Shown: positions 21,441 to 31,379, counted from the first letter of the stretch. The stretch: DNA of 64,000 bases from Gemmatimonadota bacterium (GCA_041497135.1 JBGQFX010000009.1:128-64127), one strand, 5' to 3'. The notes: generated from the sequence alone by a model not told the origin. Numbers and translations are program-made.

Positions 21441-21841
21441 CCACGAAGACCAAAGGCCTGAACAAGAAGCAGCTGGCGCACCTCGAAAAACGATTGCTCG
21501 AGGAGCGGACGCGGGTCATGAAGGAGCTCGGGCATTACGACGAGTCCTTCAACTCGAGCCTCCAGGCCTCGGCTGGTGACTTGTCGAGTTACTCGTTCCA
21601 TATGGCGGACCAGGGCACCGACGCGATGGAGCGGGAAAAGCAGTTCCTGTTCGCCTCGCAAGAAGGGCGCTATCTCTGGCACGTGAACCAGGCGCTGCGC
21701 CGGCTCTATCAATCACCCGTAAAGTTCGGCAAGTGCGAGCAGTGCGGCGAGGAGATCGGCTTCGACCGGCTCGACGCGCTGCCCCACGCCCGCCTCTGCA
21801 TCAACTGCAAGGCGAAGGAAGAGGATGGCAAGCGCCGCTAG
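21437..21841 (+). CDS. TraR/DksA family C4 zinc finger protein
   Basis: Coiled coil with HMADQGTD at the tip; CEQC...CINC zinc finger. Confidence 0.9.
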   Translation: MTTKTKGLNKKQLAHLEKRLLEERTRVMKELGHYDESFNSSLQASAGDLSSYSFHMADQGTDAMEREKQFLFASQEGRYLWHVNQALRRLYQSPVKFGKCEQCGEEIGFDRLDALPHARLCINCKAKEEDGKRR

Positions 21842-22349
21842 CCGTCGCGTGTTCTGGGGCACGGTGATCGGGATTCTGGCGCTCGACATCGTGACCAAGC
21901 TGTTGGCCGAAGGCGTGCTGGCCCGCCGCCCGATCCCCGTGATCGGCGACTATGTCGTGCTGCGGCTCGTGTACAACCAGTGCGCCGCGTTCGGCATCTG
22001 CCTCGGATCACCGGATTCCTCTCGCTGGATCTTTCTCGCGCTGGCGCTGCTCGCGCTCGGCGTGCTCGGCTCCATGGTGCGGCACACGCGGGACGGAGAT
22101 CACGGTCGTCTGTTCGTGCTCGGCCTGCTGGTGGCCGGCGCGGTGGGCAACGTCGTCGACCGGCTGCGCAGCGCGCAGGGTGTGGTGGACTTCATCGAGG
22201 TCGGGGTGCGCAGCTACCGCTGGCCCACGTTCAACGTCGCGGACTCCGCCATCACCGTCGGCGCGATCGCCCTCGCCGTCTCGCTCTGGCTCGAAGGACG
22301 CGCCCACGGCGGAGGACCGGCCAAGGAGGCCGGGCCCGCTACGTCGTGA
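21825..22349 (+). CDS. lspA: Signal peptidase II
   Basis: DIVTK, GAVGNVVDR, VVDFI, FNVADS. Confidence 0.95.
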   Translation: MASAASRRVFWGTVIGILALDIVTKLLAEGVLARRPIPVIGDYVVLRLVYNQCAAFGICLGSPDSSRWIFLALALLALGVLGSMVRHTRDGDHGRLFVLGLLVAGAVGNVVDRLRSAQGVVDFIEVGVRSYRWPTFNVADSAITVGAIALAVSLWLEGRAHGGGPAKEAGPATS

Positions 22350-23362
22350 TCGCCAGCGGCACCACATTCTGCATTGTGGTGCCCCTGACCGAGCGCCTCG
22401 ATCGCTTCCTGGCCGATCAGCTCGCGCTGTCCCGCACCCAAGCCGCACGCCTCATCGCCGACAAGCGCGTCAGCGCCGGCGGCGCCCCGTTGCGCGCCTC
22501 GGCCCAGCTCGAGCGGGGCGCCACCGTGACTGTCGAGTTCCCCCCCGACGCGCCACCGCGCACCTACAGTCCCAACACGAGCGAGCTCCGATTCGTGTAC
22601 GAGGACGAGCACCTGGCCGTGCTCGACAAACCGGCCGGGCTGGTCGTGCACCCCGGCCCGGGACATTGGGACGACTCGCTGGTCAACGCGCTCGTAGGGC
22701 GGGGCACGCCGCTCGCGCCCGGGGCCCCCGAAGGCCGCCCGGGCATCGTGCACCGGCTCGATCGTGACACCTCCGGGCTCCTGATCGTGGCGAAATCCGA
22801 TCTGGCACACCGTCGCCTGGCTCGCGCAATCGAGCGGCGTGAGATCCGCCGTGTGTATGCCTGCCTCGCGTGGGGTCACTTCGCCAAGAGCCCGGTCGAC
22901 ATCGAGGCGCCGATCGCCCGGCACACAGAGGATCGCAAGCGCATGACGGTGCGGGCGGGCGGTCGCCACGCGGTTACGCACGTCACGGTCATCGCCCGCT
23001 TCGCTTTGGTGGACCTGCTGCGCGTGCAGCTGGGCACCGGGCGCACACATCAGATCCGCGTCCATCTGGCCCACGTTGGTCACCCGGTGGTCGGCGATCG
23101 CGCGTACGCCTTCGGCGGCAGTCGGCGTGTGACGCCGTCCGACCGCCAGGCGGCCGAGCGGCTCGAAGCGCTGGCGCCGCGCCAGCTGCTGCACGCCGCC
23201 GAGCTCTCCTTCACGCATCCGGTGAGCGGCGCCCCGATCCAGCTGCGCTCGGAGTGGCCCCCGGATCTCCTGCCGGCGCTGGCTGAAGCGGCCGGCGACG
23301 CGAAATTGCTTGCTGAACGCAACCCCTTGCAGTATCTTGGTTTCGCTGCTTCGGATGGCTGA
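22346..23362 (+). CDS. rluD: RluA/RluD family pseudouridine synthase with S4 domain
   Basis: RLDRFLA S4 domain, KPAGLVVHP, HRLDRDTSG, TGRTHQIRVH. Confidence 0.9.
   Translation: MIASGTTFCIVVPLTERLDRFLADQLALSRTQAARLIADKRVSAGGAPLRASAQLERGATVTVEFPPDAPPRTYSPNTSELRFVYEDEHLAVLDKPAGLVVHPGPGHWDDSLVNALVGRGTPLAPGAPEGRPGIVHRLDRDTSGLLIVAKSDLAHRRLARAIERREIRRVYACLAWGHFAKSPVDIEAPIARHTEDRKRMTVRAGGRHAVTHVTVIARFALVDLLRVQLGTGRTHQIRVHLAHVGHPVVGDRAYAFGGSRRVTPSDRQAAERLEALAPRQLLHAAELSFTHPVSGAPIQLRSEWPPDLLPALAEAAGDAKLLAERNPLQYLGFAASDG
23310..23338 (+). promoter_or_regulatory. Internal sigma70-type promoter for the che/mgl cluster, inside the 3' end of rluD
   Basis: TTGCTG(23310-15)-17 bp-TATCTT(23333-38) in an AT-richer patch, 16 nt before the cheW ATG. 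Confidence 0.5.
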
Positions 23363-23798
23363 TGCGACGGTAGTTCGGCTCCTGGTGTTCCGGGTGGGCC
23401 CGCTCGCCTGCGCTGCCCATGCGGAGGTCGTGCGGGAGATTTTGCCACGGCTGCCGGCGATTCGCATTCCCGGGGCGCCGCAGGTCGTCGCCGGGCTGGT
23501 GAATGTGCGCGGCAGTCTGGTGACCGTCGTGGAAGGATGGCGCGCGCTGCAGCAACCGTCGGGCGCGGCGGAGGGTGGCACCACCGTGTTGCTGGAGGTC
23601 GGGGCCGAACGCCGCGCGCTCGGGTTCACGGTGGATGAAGTGCTGGACTTGTTAGCGATTCCGGACGACCAGCTGGAGCAGCGCCAGGCGCTGCCGGGTC
23701 TCGATCCCAAGCTGGTACGGGCGGTCGGTCGCCGCGGTGGGCAGGTGTTCGTGGTCCTCGATACCGAGGCTTTGCTGGCCCCCATTCTGACTTCCTAG
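23355..23798 (+). CDS. cheW: CheW-like coupling protein 1
   Basis: LLVFRVG...VREI...IPGAP..VAGLVNVRG...VLDTEALL. Confidence 0.88.
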   Translation: MADATVVRLLVFRVGPLACAAHAEVVREILPRLPAIRIPGAPQVVAGLVNVRGSLVTVVEGWRALQQPSGAAEGGTTVLLEVGAERRALGFTVDEVLDLLAIPDDQLEQRQALPGLDPKLVRAVGRRGGQVFVVLDTEALLAPILTS

Positions 23799-23807
23799 GG
23801 AGGGTCT

Positions 23808-24170
23808 GTGAGCCACTCTGTTCTCGTCTGCGACGATGCCATCTTCATGCGGACGATGATCAGCGACATCCTGGCGCAAGCGGGCTTCGAGATAGTCGGC
23901 GAGGCCGAGACGGGCGCGCAGGCCGTGGAGAAATACAAGCAGTTGAAGCCGGACCTGGTGACGATGGACATCGTGATGCCCGACATGGGCGGCATCGATG
24001 CCGTACGGGAGATCGTCAAGAACGATCCCGACGCCAAGATCCTGATGTGCAGCGCCATGGGGCAACAGGCCCTCGTGGTCGAGGCCATCCAGGCCGGGGC
24101 CAAGGACTTCGTCGTCAAGCCGTTCCAGCCGTCCCGGGTGCTGGAAGCCGTGCAACGCGTGCTCGGCTGA
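23808..24170 (+). CDS. cheY: Chemotaxis response regulator CheY, Bacillus/Thermotoga type
   Basis: DDAIFMR...LKPDLVTMDIVMP...CSAMGQQ...KPF; GGAGG RBS. Confidence 0.95.
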   Translation: MSHSVLVCDDAIFMRTMISDILAQAGFEIVGEAETGAQAVEKYKQLKPDLVTMDIVMPDMGGIDAVREIVKNDPDAKILMCSAMGQQALVVEAIQAGAKDFVVKPFQPSRVLEAVQRVLG

Positions 24171-24171
24171 C

Positions 24172-26073
24172 ATGGACCTGTCGCAGTACGCCGAGTTGTT
24201 CCTGGCCGAGAGCCGGGAACACTTGAGCGCCTGCAACCACTTGTTGCTGCAGTGGGAGCGTACACCCACGAGCCCCGAGCCGGTGGGGGGCATTTTCCGC
24301 GCGGTGCATACGGTGAAGGGGATGGCGGCCACGATGGGCTACGCCCGGGTGGCGGACCTCGCTCACCGGATGGAGAACCTGCTCGACCGGCTGCGGCGCA
24401 GCGGCAAGCCGCCCACGGGTGAGCTGCTCCAGCTGTTGTTCCGCGCTACCGATCTCCTGGAAAAGACCATCGATCTCGCCGCGACGGGGCGCGAGCGGGA
24501 CGCCGACGTGTCCGGTCTTGGCACCGAGCTGGATGCGGCGGCCAAGCGCGCCGGCGGCACGCCGGCGGGTCGGGGTGCCGGCAAGTCGGCTCCGGCCGTG
24601 GTCCCGGCGCCGCCTCCGCCGGTAGACGAAGCGGGATTGGAGGGGGGGCGGCTGGTCTCGGTCGTGCTGCGCGCGGAGGCCCCGCTCAAGGGCGGGCGGG
24701 CCCTGATCGTCTTGCGTCGCGCTCAGAGTCTCGGCACGGTCACCCACTTGTCGCCGCCCGCCGCCGCGTTCGAATCGGATGAGTTCGAGGGCCGGTTGTC
24801 GCTGCGGCTCGACAGCCGCGCGACGCCGGAGGAAATCGAGCGGCAGCTCGCGCTGGCGGGGGACGTGGAACGGGTGACCGTTGCCGGCTTCGACGCGGTC
24901 GGCGCCAAGGGCGACGCCACGACCACCGAGCGCAGCCGGCACATCCGTGTCGATCTGAAGCGGTTGGACGCGCTGATGGATCTGATCGGCGAGCTGGTCA
25001 CGGCACGCGGCCGGCTGAACGAGCTGGCGGCGGCGCGGCGGGACCCGGCGGTGGACGACGTGGCCATCCAGGTCTCCCGCCTCACGGGTGATCTCCAGTC
25101 AGAGATCATTCAGGCGCGCATGACGCCGGTGTGGCAGGTGTTTGATCGGTACCCCCGGCTGGTGCGCGACCTGGCGCAGCAGCTCGAGAAGCAGGTCGCT
25201 CTGCGCGTGGAGGGGAAGGAGATCGAGCTCGACCGGGCGATCCTGGACGAAATGGGCGATCCGCTGGTGCATCTGCTGCGCAACGCGGTGGATCACGGCA
25301 TCGAATCGCCGGCCGAGCGCAAACGCCATGGCAAGCGGCCCGAAGGGGAGATCGTGCTCGCCGCCGTGCGGGAGCGCGCCAGCGTCGCCATCAGCATCGC
25401 CGACGACGGACGCGGCATCGACCGCGAGAAGATTCTCGAGAAGGCCAAGCGCGATGGACTGGTCGACGCGCATCTGGAAGCGCTGAGCGACGACCAGCTG
25501 CTGCGGGTCATTGCCCGGCCCGGATTCTCCACCGCCCAGGCCGTCACCAGCGTCTCGGGGCGCGGCGTGGGCATTGACGTGGCGATGACGAAGATCCGCG
25601 CCCTGGGCGGAACGATCGAGATCCAGACCGAACTCGGTCGCGGCACGACCTTCGTGCTGCGGCTGCCGGTGACGCTGGCGATCGTGCGCGCCTTGATCGC
25701 CACGGTCGGGGGCGAGCGGTACGCCCTGCCGCTCACCTATGTGTCGGAAACGGTGGAGTTCGGCGCGGTCCCGATCACGACGATCGAGGGTCGCGAGGCG
25801 ATGGTGCTGCGCGACCGGGTGGTACCGCTGGTGCATTTGCGCGACCTGCTCGGCGCGCACGGCGGCGGCGCGCCGTCGCCGCGTCGGCCGGTAGTCGTGC
25901 TGCAGATGGGCGAACGGCGGACCGGCGTAGTGGTGGACGGGATGCTGGGCCAGCAGGAAATCGTGGTGAAGGGATTTGATGCTCCACAGGGGATGCTCCC
26001 GGTGTTCAGTGGAGCGACCATCATGGGCGACGGCATACCGGCGTTGATTCTGGACGCCGGCGGGCTCGTCTAA
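24172..26073 (+). CDS. cheA: Chemotaxis histidine kinase CheA (Hpt, P2, dimerisation, HATPase, P5)
   Basis: FRAVHTVKG, HLLRNAVDHG, DDGRG, GFST, SGRGVG, LPVTLAI. Confidence 0.97.
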   Translation: MDLSQYAELFLAESREHLSACNHLLLQWERTPTSPEPVGGIFRAVHTVKGMAATMGYARVADLAHRMENLLDRLRRSGKPPTGELLQLLFRATDLLEKTIDLAATGRERDADVSGLGTELDAAAKRAGGTPAGRGAGKSAPAVVPAPPPPVDEAGLEGGRLVSVVLRAEAPLKGGRALIVLRRAQSLGTVTHLSPPAAAFESDEFEGRLSLRLDSRATPEEIERQLALAGDVERVTVAGFDAVGAKGDATTTERSRHIRVDLKRLDALMDLIGELVTARGRLNELAAARRDPAVDDVAIQVSRLTGDLQSEIIQARMTPVWQVFDRYPRLVRDLAQQLEKQVALRVEGKEIELDRAILDEMGDPLVHLLRNAVDHGIESPAERKRHGKRPEGEIVLAAVRERASVAISIADDGRGIDREKILEKAKRDGLVDAHLEALSDDQLLRVIARPGFSTAQAVTSVSGRGVGIDVAMTKIRALGGTIEIQTELGRGTTFVLRLPVTLAIVRALIATVGGERYALPLTYVSETVEFGAVPITTIEGREAMVLRDRVVPLVHLRDLLGAHGGGAPSPRRPVVVLQMGERRTGVVVDGMLGQQEIVVKGFDAPQGMLPVFSGATIMGDGIPALILDAGGLV

Positions 26074-26082
26074 GGGGGTGGC

Positions 26083-26700
26083 ATGGAGGACGTCCGCGAT
26101 CTGAAAGAGCTGCAGATCGACGCGCTGCGCGAGGTCGCCAACATCGGCGCCGGGCACGCGGCGACCGCGCTGTCCCAGATGACCAACCGCCGCATCATGA
26201 TCAGCGTGCCGCAGATCAACATCGCGCGGCTCGAAGAAGTGGCGGAGCTGCTGGGTGATCCCCAGGCGGTGGTGGTGGCGGTGCTGATGCACATGCTGGG
26301 GGACCTGACGGGCCGCACGCTGCTGCTCTTTCCGGAAAAAGTGGGGCAGCGGTTGTGCGACATGCTGTTGCGTCGCGCGTCCGGTGCGACGACGGCCTTC
26401 GGCGCGCTGGAGCAGTCGGCGCTCAAGGAGGCGGGGAATATCCTGTCCGGGGCCTACATGAACGCCCTGTCGGACTTCATGGGGATGCTGCTGTTGCCGT
26501 CGGTGCCGAGTCTGGTGATCGACCTGTCGGCGGCGGTGCTCACCACTACGTATCTCAATTTCGGACACGACCGCGACTTCGTGTTCTGCGTCGAAACCGA
26601 ATTCCGCATCGACGCCGAGGAGGAGCTGCGCGGGCACTTCCTGCTGCTTCCCGACCTGGCCTCCCTCAAGGCGATCTTCGACGCGATCCGCGTGACCTGA
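26083..26700 (+). CDS. cheC: CheY-P phosphatase CheC
   Basis: Two active-site motifs, DALREVANIG and SALKEAGNI. Confidence 0.93.
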   Translation: MEDVRDLKELQIDALREVANIGAGHAATALSQMTNRRIMISVPQINIARLEEVAELLGDPQAVVVAVLMHMLGDLTGRTLLLFPEKVGQRLCDMLLRRASGATTAFGALEQSALKEAGNILSGAYMNALSDFMGMLLLPSVPSLVIDLSAAVLTTTYLNFGHDRDFVFCVETEFRIDAEEELRGHFLLLPDLASLKAIFDAIRVT

Positions 26701-26703
26701 CCT

Positions 26704-29397
26704 GTGTCGGTGCCCGCGCTGTCGGATCGCGACCTCGCCGTCCTCCGATCCTTCGCCCGCCGGATCGATCCCTCGGACGCCGGGGCCCACAACAACCTCG
26801 GCGTTTTGTACTATCAGAAAGGGATGATCTCGGAGGCGATCGCGGAATTCTCGCGCGCCTTGGAGCTCGACCCCAAGATGCAGGTCGCGCAGCGCAACCT
26901 CGAGATCGCCTTCCACAACACCGGCTACTATGACCGGCGCGTGTCGGAGCTGCAGGAGCGGCTGCGCCAATCGCCGGACGATCGCGAATCCCGCCTCGAG
27001 CTGGGCCGGGCCTTTGCCGCGCTGGGCCAGTTTGACGAGGCGGTGGCTGAATTCGAGCAGATCCTCGCCCATCACCCCCGCGACGTCGCCGCCGTGATCC
27101 AGCTCGGTCTGGCGGAGAAGGCGCGCGGCCGTCTCGAAATCGCGGCCGACTGGTTCGAGCAGGCCCAGTCGCTCGATGCCACCTCGAGTGTCGTGCAGTT
27201 CTACCTCGGTGAGGTGCTGTACAATCGCGGGCTGAACGAAGCGGCCCTGGGTGCCTTGCAGCGCGCCGTACAGCTGAATCCCGACAACGCCAACGCCCAC
27301 TACCTGATGGCGTTCGTGTTGGGCGACATGGGGCGGCACCAGGAAGCGCGCGGCGCCTCCAAGCGCGCCATCGAGCTCAACCCGCCGCTGGCGCGCGCGC
27401 AGGCGAATCTGTCGATCGAGCGGCTCAGTACCGACCGGCGCAGCCAGCCGTACCTCGTGCGCGAGGCGCTGGAGATGGAGGTCGTGGAGGGCCGCGAGCT
27501 CGCCCACCACAACCTCGGACTCGCGTTCCGGCAAAAGGGCTACTACGTCGAGGCGTTGCGCGAATACCGGCTGGCCCTGGAGCGGGGGGAAGACCACCGC
27601 CTCGTGCACCAGGCCATGGCCGAAGTGCACCTGTTGCGGCGCGACTTCGGCCCGGCACTGGAGCTGTACGAGACGCTGCTCCAAGAGGTCCCCGACTCGC
27701 CCAAGCTGTGGAACGAGCGCGGCGTGGTACTGCACCAGGCGGGGCGGGTGGATGAAGCGCTGGCCTCGTATCGCCGCGCGGTGGAGCACGACCCCAAGTA
27801 CGCCCTGGCCCACAATAATACCGGCGTCGCCCTGGCCCATCAGGGCAGCACCGACGAGGCCGTGGAGGCGTTCCGCACCGCGCTGCAATCCCAGCCGACG
27901 TTCGCGGCGGCGCGCCTGAACCTGGCGCTGCTGCTGTTCCACATCCGGCGGCTGCAGCTGGCACTCGAAGCCTATCGCCAGGTGCTGGGCGACGATTCAC
28001 GCAACGCCTCGGCCTGGAACGGCGTCGGGCTCGTCCTGGTGGAGCTGAAGCGCTTCGCCGACGCGCGCAACGCCTTCGCACGCGCGGTCGAAGGGGACCC
28101 GCAGCACGCGGGCGCGCACTACAACCTCAGCTTCGCCCTGTCGAACCTCGGCGACTTCGACGGCGCCCTGCGCGCGACCAAGCGGGCGCTCGAGCTCGAT
28201 CCCTACTACGTCTCCCAGAAGTTCGCGCTGACGATCGATCTGCAGTACGAAGAAGCCACGATCGGCGTCGCTCCGGAGATCTCGGCCGACGTGACGACCG
28301 ACTCGCTCGGGACCGAATTCTCGTTCGATCAGCGGCTGCTGGACAACATCTTCCAGGAGCTGGCGCCGCCCGAGCCGATCGGCCTGGCCGGGGCGCGGGG
28401 GCGCGACGACCAGCTGTCCCTGGCGCGCGACTACGTGAGCAAGGGACTGTTCGATCTCGCGGCGGCGGAGGCGATCCGCGCCATGCAACGCGGCGCCGAT
28501 CGCGCGGAGGCCACGACCCTGGTCGGCGACCTCTACGCCAAACGCGGCCTCCACGGCGAGGCGCTGGAGCGCTACCAGGAGGTCCGCACCCTCGACCCGG
28601 ACCGGACCGATGCCCGGCTGGGAGAGATCAAGGCGTTGCTCGCGCTGAATCGTTCGGCCGAGGCGATCGAGCCGGCCGAAGAGCTGCTGACGCTGGCGCC
28701 CAACGATGTGGAGGCGCTGCTCGTGGTCGCCAAGGCGCGGGCGGCGCAGGGCGACGCGGCCGCCGCCCTCACCGCCCTGCAGCAGGCGCAGAGTCGCGCC
28801 CCGGCGCGCGCCGATCTCCACAAGCTCCAGGGCGACGTGCTCGTGAAGGTGGGCGACCGGGGCGGCGCGCTCGCCGCCTACCGCGGGGCGCTGGAGCTGG
28901 ACCAGGGCTTCGTGGCGGTCTGGGTCGATCTTGGACGCATTCATGAGCAGCGCGAGGAATGGGCGGATGCCCTGCGGGCCTACGAACGGGCGTTGCACGA
29001 GCTGCCGACCTACCACGAAGCGACCATGGCGCTCGCGGACCTGCAACGCCGGCTGGGCCGGCTGCCCCCCGCCATCGACCGGCTCGCGAACCTGCTGGAG
29101 GACGATCCGTACGACCTGGATGCGCTCATTCTGCTGGGCCGCGCGTTGCTCGAGGACAAGCGGCCGGAGGCCGCGCTCGAGGCGTTCCGCCGTGTGCTGA
29201 AATTCGATCCCGCCCACGTGGCCGCCCTGTTCAATGAAGGTGTGGTCCTGGCTCAGCTGCGCCGCTATCGCGAAGCCGTGCACCGGTGGGAGCAGGTGAC
29301 CCGCCTGGACCCGTCCGGACCGTTCGCGCAGCGCGCCCGCATGCACGCGCGCACGGCCCTCGACCTGCAGCACATCTTCACTTCGGACGCGGCCTGA
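26704..29397 (+). CDS. Large cytoplasmic TPR-repeat protein (897 aa)
   Basis: Two long arrays of TPRs (e.g. AHNNLGV...A..LDP) separated by an acidic non-TPR linker; no signal peptide. Confidence 0.92.
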   Translation: MSVPALSDRDLAVLRSFARRIDPSDAGAHNNLGVLYYQKGMISEAIAEFSRALELDPKMQVAQRNLEIAFHNTGYYDRRVSELQERLRQSPDDRESRLELGRAFAALGQFDEAVAEFEQILAHHPRDVAAVIQLGLAEKARGRLEIAADWFEQAQSLDATSSVVQFYLGEVLYNRGLNEAALGALQRAVQLNPDNANAHYLMAFVLGDMGRHQEARGASKRAIELNPPLARAQANLSIERLSTDRRSQPYLVREALEMEVVEGRELAHHNLGLAFRQKGYYVEALREYRLALERGEDHRLVHQAMAEVHLLRRDFGPALELYETLLQEVPDSPKLWNERGVVLHQAGRVDEALASYRRAVEHDPKYALAHNNTGVALAHQGSTDEAVEAFRTALQSQPTFAAARLNLALLLFHIRRLQLALEAYRQVLGDDSRNASAWNGVGLVLVELKRFADARNAFARAVEGDPQHAGAHYNLSFALSNLGDFDGALRATKRALELDPYYVSQKFALTIDLQYEEATIGVAPEISADVTTDSLGTEFSFDQRLLDNIFQELAPPEPIGLAGARGRDDQLSLARDYVSKGLFDLAAAEAIRAMQRGADRAEATTLVGDLYAKRGLHGEALERYQEVRTLDPDRTDARLGEIKALLALNRSAEAIEPAEELLTLAPNDVEALLVVAKARAAQGDAAAALTALQQAQSRAPARADLHKLQGDVLVKVGDRGGALAAYRGALELDQGFVAVWVDLGRIHEQREEWADALRAYERALHELPTYHEATMALADLQRRLGRLPPAIDRLANLLEDDPYDLDALILLGRALLEDKRPEAALEAFRRVLKFDPAHVAALFNEGVVLAQLRRYREAVHRWEQVTRLDPSGPFAQRARMHARTALDLQHIFTSDAA

Positions 29398-29401
29398 CCG
29401 A

Positions 29402-30544
29402 ATGGCGATCGAAGGCCCGCTGCGGGAGCTCGGCATCCACGATGTCTTCCAGCTGCTGGATCTCAGCCGGAAGACCGGGGTGCTGCGCGTCACCTCCGAG
29501 CTCCGGCACAACGCCGGCACGATCTACTTCGACGACGGGGCGGTGATCTACGCGGAGATCCGCAGCAACCCCCACCCGTTGGGCGGTCTGCTGCTGCGCA
29601 GCGGCAAGATCACCGAAGCCGATCTCGAGCACGCGCGCGACATGCAGACGCGCCAGGGCGACCCGCGGCGACTCGGCGAGATTCTCGTTTCGCTCGGAAT
29701 CATCACGCCCCGCGAGCTGCAACGCCACGTGCGGTTTCAGATCGAGGAAGTGGTGTTCGAAGTCATCGGTTGGAACGAAGGCTACTTCTCGTTCACCGAA
29801 GGGCCGCTCACCGACCTGACTGCCGAAGCCACGGTCCGGATATCGACCGAAGCCCTCCTCATGGAAGGGGCGCGTCGCATCGACGAGTGGGCCCGGATCG
29901 AGAAACGTGTCCCGCACCTGGGCGTCGTGCCGACCTACGCCCCATCGATGCAAGGTGGAGACCTGGATCTGCTCCCGCCCGAGTGGGAAGTGCTGGCGCT
30001 GATCGACGGGGACCGCGATCTCCGGGCGATTGCGGCGACGCTGGCACGCTCCGATTTCGACATCGCCAAGACGCTTTTCGGTCTGGAGAGCGCCGGTCTC
30101 ATCACCCTGGTCGACCCCGGGACCGCGCCGCGCGGCCGCAGCAGCGCGCCCGATGCCGCCGTGCTGGTCGCGGAAGCCGAGGAGGCGTTCGGTCGCCACG
30201 ACCTGGACCGGGCCCGTGCCGCGGCGGAACGGGCCGCGGTCGTGCAACCGCACGATCCCGCCGTGCACTTGCTGCTGGGTCGTGTGCACCTGGAGGCCGG
30301 CCGGCCTGGCGAAGCGGTGGACGAGCTGCGCCGCGCGCTGCGGCTCGACGCCGGGGGGCTTTCCGCCTACCGCCTGCAGGGGTTCGCGCTGGTGCAGCTC
30401 GGGCGGTTCGCCGAAGCGGTCGAGCAATGGGACCAGTGGGAGCGCCTGGCCGTGAACGAGGAGCAGGAGACTCCCTATCGCGACGACGTGCTGTCGGCCA
30501 AGGCCGCCGCCCGGTTCCTGGGCGGAGCGCGTGCCCATGTCTGA
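29402..30544 (+). CDS. DUF4388 protein with MshEN-like motifs and C-terminal TPRs
   Basis: MAIEGPLRELGIHDVFQLL...KTGVL, RLGEILVSLGII, W.EGYFSF, LLMEGARRIDEW. Confidence 0.85.
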   Translation: MAIEGPLRELGIHDVFQLLDLSRKTGVLRVTSELRHNAGTIYFDDGAVIYAEIRSNPHPLGGLLLRSGKITEADLEHARDMQTRQGDPRRLGEILVSLGIITPRELQRHVRFQIEEVVFEVIGWNEGYFSFTEGPLTDLTAEATVRISTEALLMEGARRIDEWARIEKRVPHLGVVPTYAPSMQGGDLDLLPPEWEVLALIDGDRDLRAIAATLARSDFDIAKTLFGLESAGLITLVDPGTAPRGRSSAPDAAVLVAEAEEAFGRHDLDRARAAAERAAVVQPHDPAVHLLLGRVHLEAGRPGEAVDELRRALRLDAGGLSAYRLQGFALVQLGRFAEAVEQWDQWERLAVNEEQETPYRDDVLSAKAAARFLGGARAHV

Positions 30545-31379
30545 AGACGTCAAGACGTTATCGGCCGAGCTGGCCCGCGACCCCCAGAGCCTCGTGTTTC
30601 TGCGACTGGGAGAGCTGCTGCGCCAGAAACGGCAGTTCGACGCGGCCGCGCGCATCGCGCTGCACGGGTTGGAGCGGCACCAGCACCTGGCCGACGCGCA
30701 CGACCTGTACGCCCGCATTCTGGCCGACCGCCACGACTATGAGCACGCGTTCGACGAATGGGACATGACGCTGCGCATCGCGCCGCACCACACCGGGGCG
30801 TTGAAGGGTCTCGCCTTCCTCTATTTCAAGGTGGGGGACCTGGGACAGGCCGAGTCTCATCTCCAGGCGGCCCATCGTATCGCGCCCGACGATCCCAGCA
30901 TCGCTCAGGCGTTCGCCGTCATCCGTGGCGAAGCGCCGTCGTCCGGCGCCATGCTGCCGTCGCCGGACGATCCGGTTGCGGAGCCGCTGCCATCAGCCGA
31001 GACCGTCGCGCCGCTGCCGGAGACGCGCGTGTTTGCCGGCCTGGAAGGGGCGCAGGAAGGGCTGTTGCTGCTGGATGCCGCCGGCCTGGTGCTGGGCGGT
31101 GCGCTCAAGACCCCGGAGGGCGGCGACGTCACCGAGGCGGTCGCGGCGTATCTCGCGGGTGTGTCCTATGAGGCCGCCCGGACGGCCAAACTGCTCGGGT
31201 TGGGGGGGTGGCGCGGGCTGTCGGCGGAAGGCCAGTCCGGTCACGTGCACGTCGGCCAGCCAACCGCGGAGTCCATGCTGCTCGTCGTCCGGGACCGGTC
31301 GGTCCCGCTGGGACGCCTCGGTCTTCTGGCGCAGCGCGCGGCGCAGGCGGCGCGACGCTGGCTGGAGCGGCAGGGATGA
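30537..31379 (+). CDS. TPR-Roadblock/LC7 fusion protein
   Basis: N-terminal TPRs (DPQSLVF.RLGE); C-terminal LLLLDAAGLV...PLGRL Roadblock fold. Confidence 0.8.
   Translation: MSEDVKTLSAELARDPQSLVFLRLGELLRQKRQFDAAARIALHGLERHQHLADAHDLYARILADRHDYEHAFDEWDMTLRIAPHHTGALKGLAFLYFKVGDLGQAESHLQAAHRIAPDDPSIAQAFAVIRGEAPSSGAMLPSPDDPVAEPLPSAETVAPLPETRVFAGLEGAQEGLLLLDAAGLVLGGALKTPEGGDVTEAVAAYLAGVSYEAARTAKLLGLGGWRGLSAEGQSGHVHVGQPTAESMLLVVRDRSVPLGRLGLLAQRAAQAARRWLERQG

Noticed and set aside
21975-22005. LspA motif NQCAAFGIC with two cysteines
   Set aside because: Catalytic Asp motifs are intact; a minor loop variant (possible disulfide) with no further support.
25099-29520. Long antisense ORFs (947 aa, 507 aa; similarly 12199-14025, 5766-7433, 43736-45826, 57797-59434)
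   Set aside because: Shadow ORFs opposite well-supported genes in high-GC DNA; no recognisable motifs.
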